From the IMG/VR virus record IMGVR_UViG_2606217117_000014: a stretch of 6,696 bases of DNA; one strand, written 5' to 3'. Of the stretch, positions 1 through 5,778 are shown piece by piece. The notes beneath the pieces were generated by a model. The model was not told the origin of the DNA and did not search any database. It was given only the letters and a program-made list of their open reading frames with translations. The translations under genes and the position numbers were made by a program. The DNA comes from a virus (lineage: Duplodnaviria > Heunggongvirae > Uroviricota > Caudoviricetes). Position 1 is the first letter of the stretch. Every line of letters starts with the position of its first letter.

Positions 1-1
1 C

Positions 2-352
2 CCGCCACAGGAAGAGACGGTGGTCAGCATTGCCGTTGATCCTGAGTCTCCGGAATCTTTCATGAAACGACCTAAACGTCGCCGCTGGGTTAACGAGAAA
101 TACACACGCTGGGTGAAGACACAGCCGTGTGCGTGTTGTGGTAAGCCAGCCGACGATCCCCATCACCTGATTGGTCATGGTCAGGGCGGAATGGGGACAA
201 AATCTCACGATATTTTCACGCTACCGCTGTGTCGGGAGCATCACAACGAGCTTCATGCGGATCCTCTGGCGTTCGAAGAAAAGCATGGTTCTCAGGTTGA
301 TTTAATTTTTCGTTTTCTTGATCACGCCTTTGCAACTGGCGTGCTTGGGTAA
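2..352 (+). CDS. NinG/DUF968-like prophage protein with Cys/His-rich HNH-type motif; C-terminal fragment, 5' end lies outside the window
   Basis: Frame is open from window start to TAA at 350-352. Translation carries CACCGK...HHLIGH...HD...CREHHNELH, a zinc-binding HNH-like pattern. Sits immediately upstream of rusA as in lambdoid nin regions. Family assignment is from memory, not a search. Confidence 0.55.
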   Translation, partial: PPQEETVVSIAVDPESPESFMKRPKRRRWVNEKYTRWVKTQPCACCGKPADDPHHLIGHGQGGMGTKSHDIFTLPLCREHHNELHADPLAFEEKHGSQVDLIFRFLDHAFATGVLG

Positions 353-364
353 AAGAGGTGACTG

Positions 365-739
365 ATGCTCATAGATTTGGTTTTACCTTACCCGCCGACG
401 GTGAACACTTACTGGCGACGCCGTGGCAGCACATATTTTATCTCGGAGGAGGGAAAGCGTTATCGCCGGGCTGTGGCGCTTATTGTTCGCCAGCAGCGGC
501 TGAAATTAAGCCTGTCCGGAAGGCTGGCGATAAAGGTGATTGCAGAGCCACCGGATAAGCGTCGTCGCGACCTGGACAATATCCTGAAAGCACCGCTGGA
601 TGCGCTGACGCATGCGGGAGTGTTAATGGACGATGAGCAGTTTGATGAAATCAATATCGTTCGTGGTCAGCCAGTATCTGGTGGACGTCTGGGGGTGAAG
701 ATTTACCCCATAATGCATGAAGAGCAGGTCAAAAAATGA
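365..739 (+). CDS. rusA: RusA-family Holliday junction resolvase (lambdoid prophage endodeoxyribonuclease)
   Basis: 124 aa. Contains PPDKRRRDLDNILKAPLDALTHAG, matching the recalled RusA catalytic block (DRRRRDLDN...FDALT). N-terminal LPYPPTVNTYW parallels RusA LPWPPSNNRYY. SD-like AGAGGTGA lies 5-6 nt before the ATG. Confidence 0.85.
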   Translation: MLIDLVLPYPPTVNTYWRRRGSTYFISEEGKRYRRAVALIVRQQRLKLSLSGRLAIKVIAEPPDKRRRDLDNILKAPLDALTHAGVLMDDEQFDEINIVRGQPVSGGRLGVKIYPIMHEEQVKK

Positions 740-1557
740 AACTGGAAGATTTACCGAAATACTACTCCCCAAAATCCCCTGGCCTGACCGATGCATCGGC
801 CTCAACGTCAAAAGATGCGCTGAGTATCACTGATGTGATGGCCGCGCAGGGCATGACACAGAATCGGGCTGAGATGGGTTTTTCTGCGTTCCTGGGGAAA
901 ATGGGCATCAGTATGAATGACAGGGTGCGGGCAACAGAATTACTGGCAGATTATGCACTCAGTCGGTGCGATCGTGTGGCGGCGTTGAGAAAACTTCCGG
1001 CAGAAATAAAACCGGTAGTGATGCGCATTATGGCTTCGTACGCTTTTGAGGATTATGCCCGCAGCGCAGCGAGTAAAAAGCAGTGCCCTTGTTGCTATGG
1101 GGAAAAATTTATTGAAAGCATAGTTTTTACAAACAAGGTCCAGTATCCGGATGGTAAGCCGCCGGTATGGGCAAAGTGTACGAAAGGTGTGTATCCGTCT
1201 TACTGGGAAGAATGGAAAAAAGTCAGGGAGGTGGTAAAAGTTGCCTGTCCGGAGTGTGGCGGAAAGGGTGAGGTTTCCACCGCCTGTAAGGATTGCCGTG
1301 GGCGTGGTGTCGCCATTCACCGTGAAGAGTCGGTAAAACGTGGTATGCCTGTTATCAGAGACTGCCAGCGTTGTGGTGGTCGTGGCTATGAAAGACTACC
1401 ATCAACGGAGGCATTTAATGCTATATGCGAGGTGACAAACCAGATAACACGCGCGTCATGGGAAAAAACAGTTAAGAAATTCTATGATGCGCTGGTGACC
1501 CGGTTTGATATTGAAGAAGCATGGGCTGAGCGGCAGTTAAAAAAGGTAACTAGGTAA
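736..1557 (+). CDS. Late-gene antitermination protein Q (QuuQ/Q-like) with DnaJ-type CxxCxGxG zinc-finger repeats
   Basis: 273 aa. Start ATG overlaps the rusA stop (ATGA at 736-739). Lies directly upstream of a lambda-like pR'/tR' pair. N-terminus MKLEDLPKYYSPKSP resembles recalled Qin QuuQ. Three repeats CPECGGKG, CKDCRGRG, CQRCGGRG. Confidence 0.75.
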   Translation: MKLEDLPKYYSPKSPGLTDASASTSKDALSITDVMAAQGMTQNRAEMGFSAFLGKMGISMNDRVRATELLADYALSRCDRVAALRKLPAEIKPVVMRIMASYAFEDYARSAASKKQCPCCYGEKFIESIVFTNKVQYPDGKPPVWAKCTKGVYPSYWEEWKKVREVVKVACPECGGKGEVSTACKDCRGRGVAIHREESVKRGMPVIRDCQRCGGRGYERLPSTEAFNAICEVTNQITRASWEKTVKKFYDALVTRFDIEEAWAERQLKKVTR

Positions 1558-1562
1558 CAAGG

Positions 1563-1604
1563 TTGATTTTTCCGGAATCTGTGGTAAATTCGTCATAACG
1601 ATGG
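1563..1604 (+). promoter_or_regulatory. pR'-like late promoter with Q-dependent pause element
   Basis: -35 TTGATT (1563-1568), 16-nt spacer, -10 TAAATT (1585-1590). Six nt later AACGATGGG (1596-1604), the same arrangement as recalled lambda pR' (TAAATT-TGACTC-AACGATGGG). Confidence 0.6.
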
Positions 1605-1638
1605 GCCTTTTATGCCTGACGTTAGAAGAGTTTCTACA

Positions 1639-1664
1639 ACCCGCCGCCGAGCGGGTTTTTTATT
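1639..1664 (+). terminator. tR'-like intrinsic terminator
   Basis: Stem ACCCGC (1639-1644) pairs with GCGGGT (1651-1656), 6-nt loop, then TTTTTTATT. About 65 nt downstream of the predicted pR' start. Confidence 0.65.
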
Positions 1665-1691
1665 GCGGAATTAATTACGGACCGTTATTAT
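1663..1691 (+). promoter_or_regulatory. Candidate sigma70 promoter for the tRNA genes
   Basis: TTGCGG (1663-1668), 17-nt spacer, TATTAT (1686-1691). Predicted start falls about 7-9 nt before the tRNA 5' end. Motif match only. Confidence 0.3.
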
Positions 1692-1700
1692 TCTGCTCCC

Positions 1701-1776
1701 GGCCCTTTAGCTCAGTGGTGAGAGCGAGCGACTCATAATCGCCAGGTCGCTGGTTCAAATCCAGCAAGGGCCACCA
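1701..1776 (+). tRNA. tRNA-Ile2 (anticodon CAU, lysidine-type; tRNA-Met not excluded), ileZ-like as in Stx phages
   Basis: Hand-folded cloverleaf: acceptor GGCCCTT/AAGGGCC, D stem GCTC/GAGC, anticodon loop CTCATAA, T arm GCTGG-TTCAAAT-CCAGC, discriminator A, encoded CCA. Close to recalled E. coli ileX. Confidence 0.85.
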
Positions 1777-1876
1777 TCACAAACCGCCATTAGCTTATCA
1801 GGAAGAGCAGACGACGCGATAACAGGGTTGTTGGTGCGGGGGCGGGTCCCCGATGGCGGTCCATTATCGGTATTCA

Positions 1877-1950
1877 GCGTTGTTAGCTCAGCCGGACAGA
1901 GCAATTGCCTTCTAAGCAATCGGTCACTGGTTCGAATCCAGTACAGCGCG
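1877..1950 (+). tRNA. tRNA-Arg (anticodon UCU, reads AGA/AGG), argN/argO-like
   Basis: Acceptor GCGTTGT/ACAGCGC (one G-U pair), D stem GCTC/GAGC, anticodon stem ATTGC/GCAAT with loop CTTCTAA, T arm ACTGG-TTCGAAT-CCAGT, discriminator G. No encoded CCA. Confidence 0.8.
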
Positions 1951-2090
1951 CTATATTCATTCTTCCAGATTCCTTCCGGCAGAGCCTTATACTGAAATAT
2001 ACCTGGCTCAGGATATTGTTGAAAATATTATATGTTTGTCAAAAATAAAAGTTCTGTTAAGTATTGATTGAGTGTTTGTTATACGGTCTA

Positions 2091-2417
2091 ATGGTTTTTT
2101 CAGCATTAAATATTTATCATTCATATGGTGTGGGTAGAGTGAATATTGATGAGGCGTCGGGGTGTTTCATCCTTAGGCAGCGTATTGATATAGTCAATGC
2201 AGCACGAGCAAAGGCCTTCAGCCGTTTGACAGTTTTGTTCTGTACTCCTGATCGTCTTTCGGGAAGAGACGTTATTATTCTGAATAGTGATGCTATTCAG
2301 AGGGTTTGCGATGAGTTCATGGTTGCTAATTCAGAATTATTTGCTCTTGTTCAGGAGTACAACAGAATAGCCAGGACCTGTGGTATGGATGAACTTCGGA
2401 TTACTCATCTGGGGTAG
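2091..2417 (+). CDS. Hypothetical protein, ~108 aa from ATG 2091 (117 aa if TTG 2064 is used), unknown function
   Basis: Open frame to TAG 2415-2417. Candidate promoter TTGTCA (2036-2041), 16-17 nt spacer, TAAGTA/AAGTAT (2058-2064) just upstream. No convincing SD. Occupies the position of stx genes in Stx phages. No recognisable motif. Confidence 0.4.
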   Translation: MVFSALNIYHSYGVGRVNIDEASGCFILRQRIDIVNAARAKAFSRLTVLFCTPDRLSGRDVIILNSDAIQRVCDEFMVANSELFALVQEYNRIARTCGMDELRITHLG

Positions 2418-2497
2418 ATACATATCTGGATTATCACTTGTTACGGTAAAAAGTGATTGCTTACTGTTTTTGTGAGTGGCATTGCAGCAGCCGGATA

Positions 2498-2584
2498 ATG
2501 TCAGTGCTGGCTGACGGTGTGCTGGTGGCGGGTGTGGTGGTTGTTGCTTTCCCGTTGCTGAAAAAGAAAACGCCAGACTGTTAG
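2498..2584 (+). CDS. Candidate small hydrophobic peptide, 28 aa (MSVLADGVLVAGVVVVAFPLLKKKTPDC)
   Basis: ATG 2498 to TAG 2582-2584. One predicted transmembrane-like segment followed by KKK. Weak SD (GGA about 5 nt upstream). Could be a chance ORF in GT-rich DNA. Confidence 0.2.
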   Translation: MSVLADGVLVAGVVVVAFPLLKKKTPDC

Positions 2585-2808
2585 CCGGGTATCAGTTAGC
2601 GGGAGAAATTTTTAAATACTTCACAATTCAGGCGGTTGACTGTTGTCTGGTTTGCGGGGAGTTTGTTAAAAGAAACTGGCATGGTGAATCCCCCTGTGCG
2701 GAGGGGCAATCAGCGAGTAGGTATATGGGATAATCGCGGATTCAGGTGCTGGTACTGAATTCACCGGGAGGCACCCGGCACCATGCAATGGCACATAGCG
2801 CCACTCTC

Positions 2809-2838
2809 CAGCCCCTCTCCGGAGGGGCTGTTTATATT
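2809..2838 (+). terminator. Rho-independent terminator, plus-strand orientation
   Basis: 9-bp GC-rich stem CAGCCCCTC (2809-2817) / GAGGGGCTG (2822-2830), 4-nt loop, followed by TTTATATTGATTTT. The reverse-strand flank is not U-rich. Confidence 0.6.
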
Positions 2839-2861
2839 GATTTTGTCAGATGTGAGTAAAC

Positions 2862-2895
2862 TCCTTATGGACTTTGTTGTTTTAGTCCATAAGGA
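2862..2895. repeat. Perfect 12-bp inverted repeat with 10-bp spacer (TCCTTATGGACT-N10-AGTCCATAAGGA)
   Basis: Read directly from the sequence. Overlaps the last about 10 codons and the stop of the minus-strand gene 2865-3200. Confidence 0.75.
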
Positions 2896-3200
2896 CATAT
2901 TTGCAGAGTGCAACGGTTATTAAAGCATTCATTCAATACGTTATCTGTATTTGTAGGACATTCCTGGCTGTTTTTGATTAAATTCCAGAATGTTTTATTG
3001 AATGGTGCTACGTTGTAAATGGTTACAGGTAGCACTTTGTTATTGAGCATGATACCTGTGTGAGTCAGTGTAAATATACTTTCAGGAGGTAAGAAAGCAT
3101 CCGATTGATACCAGATTATTAATTTTATTTTACTCCATATGACTGAAAAAGATATTCCGCATGATGGCTGGATAACTGTATCAATCACAATCCACTTCAT
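2865..3200 (-). CDS. Hypothetical Cys-containing protein, 111 aa, AT-rich moron gene convergent to the late operon
   Basis: Strong SD AAGGAA 6 nt upstream of ATG (plus 3198-3200). A 111-codon open frame in DNA that looks very AT-rich by eye is unlikely by chance. Translation: [18 protein letters not shown]...[10 protein letters not shown]. No recognisable family. Confidence 0.55.
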   Translation of the reverse strand: MKWIVIDTVIQPSCGISFSVIWSKIKLIIWYQSDAFLPPESIFTLTHTGIMLNNKVLPVTIYNVAPFNKTFWNLIKNSQECPTNTDNVLNECFNNRCTLQICPYGLKQQSP

Positions 3201-3240
3201 TTAGTTTCCTTGTTTATGTCTTGCTGGTGATGTTCTGAAA

Positions 3241-3267
3241 AGTATAAATGATATTTTTGAATGTAAA
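3241..3267 (-). promoter_or_regulatory. Candidate sigma70 promoter for the minus-strand 111-aa gene
   Basis: Minus strand reads TTTACA (plus 3262-3267), 15-nt spacer, TATACT (plus 3241-3246), about 35 nt upstream of the RBS. Spacer is shorter than optimal. Confidence 0.3.
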
Positions 3268-3460
3268 CCATAGAGCAGAATTATTTTTCTGATGTTGTTT
3301 ATTGTTTATTTAAATGCAGGGTGGTTTATATCTCGTCTTGTAGTTTATCCATGCATATCTGCTTGATGATGAGGTTTTTATTTAAGGTATGGTTTTGTGT
3401 TTTTTCTGTATTACATGTCAGGTATTTTAAAGAATTATTTTTCAGATGGTGGAAAGAACC

Positions 3461-5422
3461 ATGGCATTTAAACACTATGATGTTGTCAGGGCGGCATCGC
3501 CGTCAGACCTTGCGAAACGACTGACACAAAAACTGAAGGAGGGGTGGCAGCCATTTGGCAGTCCGGTGGCCATCACGCCTTATACCCTGATGCAGGCCAT
3601 TGCGGCGGAAGGTGATGTCACCACACCTGTGGTGGTGAAGCCGTCGGATGGAGAAGGCGCAGTTATCAGCACCACCAGCAACCCGGAGTATTACTTTGTT
3701 GTTGCCCTGGCCGGGCAGTCAAACGGTATGGCGTATGGTGAAGGGCTTCCGCTGCCGGAGACATATGACCGTCCGGACCCGCGTATTAAACAGCTGGCGC
3801 GTCGCAGCACTGTCACGCCGGGTGGTGCGTCCTGTAACTACAATGACATTATTCCTGCGGACCACTGCCTGCATGATGTTCAGGATTTGAGTAAGTTTTC
3901 ACACCCGAAAGCCAGCGCAGCTCAGTATGGATGCGTGGGGCAGGGATTACATATCGCGAAGAAATTGTTGCCGTTTATTCCGGCGAATGCCGGTATTCTT
4001 CTGGTTCCGTGCTGCCGTGGTGGTTCTGCATTTTTGGCGGGCGATGAAGGTACCTTCAGCGAATCCACCGGCGCAAGCGAGACCTCGGCACGCTGGGGTG
4101 TTGATAAGCCACTGTACAAGGACCTGCTTACCCGTACTCAGGCCGCACTGAAGGCCAACCCTAAAAATATTCTGCTTGCAGTGGTCTGGATGCAGGGCGA
4201 GTTTGATTTGAAACAGGGTGCATACGCCACTCAGCCGGGGCTGTTTGATTCCATGGTGGAAAAATATCGTTCTGACCTGTCGGAATTCGGAGGTCAGTGT
4301 CTCGGGGGCTCTCCGTCATCGGTTCCCTGGATTTGTGGCGACACGACCTACTACTGGAAGCAGACTTATTCTTCGCAATACGATGCGGTGTATGGTGCAT
4401 ACAAGACGAAATCCGCAAAAAAAATCTTCTTTGTGCCGTTTATGACGGATGAAAACGGGCGAAATGTGGGTACCAACGAGCCGTCAGAAGATCCGGATGT
4501 TGCGGATATTGGGTATTACGGAGGCGGTGGTCGAACGGACGCCAAAACCTGGACGACGGCCGACCGTAAAACGCATTTTGGATCATGGGCACGTCGTGGG
4601 ATTATTTCCGACCGTCTGGCAACGGCGATTCTTGTGCATGCCGGGAGAAACGCTGAATTCATTACCGGAAAACAGCCTGATACGGTGAAGCCCACCGGAC
4701 CTTCCGGTGAAGGTACGGAGAGAGAGCCGGAAGCCCCGGTCAGTAACCGAACCCTGATGAGTCTGCTGGCGTCCGGCGAAGACCTGGCATCACAGGGCTG
4801 GCGCTATTATCACAAACCGGCGAGCGGAGACAATGTTAACAAAAACATTGCTGAAGCGGTGGTCAGTGATGCGGGGGCTACGGGAGGTAAGGCCCTGCAA
4901 CTGAATAAACCGGAAAACCACATCTGGTTTCTGGAGCATGATGCAGCCGGACAGGGAGTGGAGTTACTGAAGAAGGGGGGACGTGTGAGCGTACGGTTTA
5001 AGTTGCCGGGTTCACTGGTGCCGAATCAGTTTGCCCTGGGCATTTACTGGCAGTTGTCGTCCCTGCCGGAGGGAGTGACGCTGGCAGAGGAAGGCAACGA
5101 CATGCTGATGTCCTTCTTTCTGCAGACGGATGCGACGAACCTGAACGCGATGCACCACAAGAAGCCGAATGCGAAGCTGGAAACGTTCGGGGTCTTTGAT
5201 AACGGATGGCACACACTGGCTTTTGAGTTTGCCGGAAACAACAGCATTCAGGTGACGCCGGTACTGGATGAGAAACGGGGGACGCCGTTCACACTGGTGA
5301 AATCTCCGGCATCAGGGGCGGCGGACAAACTGCAACTGACAGGCATATCAAAGGCGGCGACATATACGCTGCTGATTGACAGTGTGAAGGTGGAAGTGAA
5401 CAACGCGGACATCGCGGCATGA
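3461..5422 (+). CDS. nanS: Prophage sialate O-acetylesterase, NanS-p type (N-terminal DUF1737-like region, SASA/SGNH esterase domain, C-terminal extension)
   Basis: 653 aa from ATG 3461, which has SD GGTGGA 7 nt upstream; the ATG at 3446 has no SD. Block VVALAGQSNGMAYGEG carries the GQSN serine motif of the sialate O-acetylesterase family. Size and position match recalled nanS-p genes downstream of stx. Confidence 0.8.
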   Translation: MAFKHYDVVRAASPSDLAKRLTQKLKEGWQPFGSPVAITPYTLMQAIAAEGDVTTPVVVKPSDGEGAVISTTSNPEYYFVVALAGQSNGMAYGEGLPLPETYDRPDPRIKQLARRSTVTPGGASCNYNDIIPADHCLHDVQDLSKFSHPKASAAQYGCVGQGLHIAKKLLPFIPANAGILLVPCCRGGSAFLAGDEGTFSESTGASETSARWGVDKPLYKDLLTRTQAALKANPKNILLAVVWMQGEFDLKQGAYATQPGLFDSMVEKYRSDLSEFGGQCLGGSPSSVPWICGDTTYYWKQTYSSQYDAVYGAYKTKSAKKIFFVPFMTDENGRNVGTNEPSEDPDVADIGYYGGGGRTDAKTWTTADRKTHFGSWARRGIISDRLATAILVHAGRNAEFITGKQPDTVKPTGPSGEGTEREPEAPVSNRTLMSLLASGEDLASQGWRYYHKPASGDNVNKNIAEAVVSDAGATGGKALQLNKPENHIWFLEHDAAGQGVELLKKGGRVSVRFKLPGSLVPNQFALGIYWQLSSLPEGVTLAEEGNDMLMSFFLQTDATNLNAMHHKKPNAKLETFGVFDNGWHTLAFEFAGNNSIQVTPVLDEKRGTPFTLVKSPASGAADKLQLTGISKAATYTLLIDSVKVEVNNADIAA

Positions 5423-5423
5423 T

Positions 5424-5460
5424 AAAAAAAGCCGCCAGCGGCAGGAATGGAAGCTGGCGG
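5424..5460 (-). terminator. Hairpin with A-tract on its plus-strand 5' side; oriented as an intrinsic terminator for leftward transcription
   Basis: AAAAAAA (5424-5430), stem CCGCCAGC (5432-5439) / GCTGGCGG (5453-5460), 13-nt loop. No T-tract follows on the plus strand. Loop is large, so moderate-low confidence. Confidence 0.35.
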
Positions 5461-5558
5461 AGGTAATCCCAATGGAGAATGTAAAGAAAAGATGCTTTCG
5501 ACATCAATCATTTCTAAATGAAAACAGTTCTCATTGTCAACCATAACGGTAAGAAATT

Positions 5559-5741
5559 ATGACATTTATTCATCAGGTAATGCTGTACTTCTGTATGGCA
5601 GTCTGTGTTATGTATCTTCTTTCGGGTGGGTACAGGGCAGTGCGCGATTTCTGGCGCAGGCAGATTGATAAAAGGGCCGCTGAGAGAATCAGCGCCAGTC
5701 AGTCAGCCGGAAGCAAACCCGAAGATCCGCTCATTCCGTAG
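5559..5741 (+). CDS. Hypothetical small membrane protein, 60 aa
   Basis: ATG 5559. One hydrophobic segment (IHQVMLYFCMAVCVMYLLSGGY) followed by a basic/charged tail. Weak SD. An overlapping alternative frame from 5605 is also open, so the call is uncertain. Confidence 0.3.
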   Translation: MTFIHQVMLYFCMAVCVMYLLSGGYRAVRDFWRRQIDKRAAERISASQSAGSKPEDPLIP

Positions 5742-5778
5742 TCACTTTCTTGACAACACCTTTCAACGAGAAAATCCC

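Noticed and set aside
358-1320. ORF-track entries 358..558 (+), 460..654 (-), 623..811 (-), 940..1320 (-) overlapping rusA and Q
   Set aside because: They lie in alternative frames or on the antisense strand of two well-supported genes (RusA catalytic motif, Q with coupled start) and have no RBS or recognisable motifs. Typical shadow ORFs.
1777-1876. Possible third tRNA (argN/argO equivalent) in the 100-bp spacer between the two tRNAs
   Set aside because: I could not fold a cloverleaf: no GTTCGAATC-type T-loop and no paired acceptor stem. Left as a possible remnant only.
2681-2758. 25-codon ORF (MVNPPVRRGNQRVGIWDNRGFRCWY) inside the ORF-free segment
   Set aside because: Very short, low-complexity, with no convincing SD; treated as chance.
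2783-2920. ~46-codon plus-strand ORF running through the terminator hairpin and the 12-bp palindrome
   Set aside because: It spans an intrinsic terminator and overlaps the better-supported convergent gene; likely spurious.
1951-3445. Shiga toxin genes (stxA/stxB) at the canonical position
   Set aside because: No ORF of stxA size (~320 aa) and no ~90-aa B-subunit ORF with a signal peptide follows the tRNAs. The ORFs present do not resemble toxin subunits.
3321-3524. ORF 3321..3524 (+) 67 aa overlapping the nanS-p start
   Set aside because: Different frame from nanS-p, begins in AT-rich promoter DNA, and is displaced by the well-supported esterase start.
3648-5544. Numerous 60-100 aa ORFs on both strands inside the nanS-p coding region
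   Set aside because: All are internal alternative-frame or antisense ORFs of a long GC-normal gene, with Arg/Ser/Pro-rich compositions typical of out-of-frame translation.
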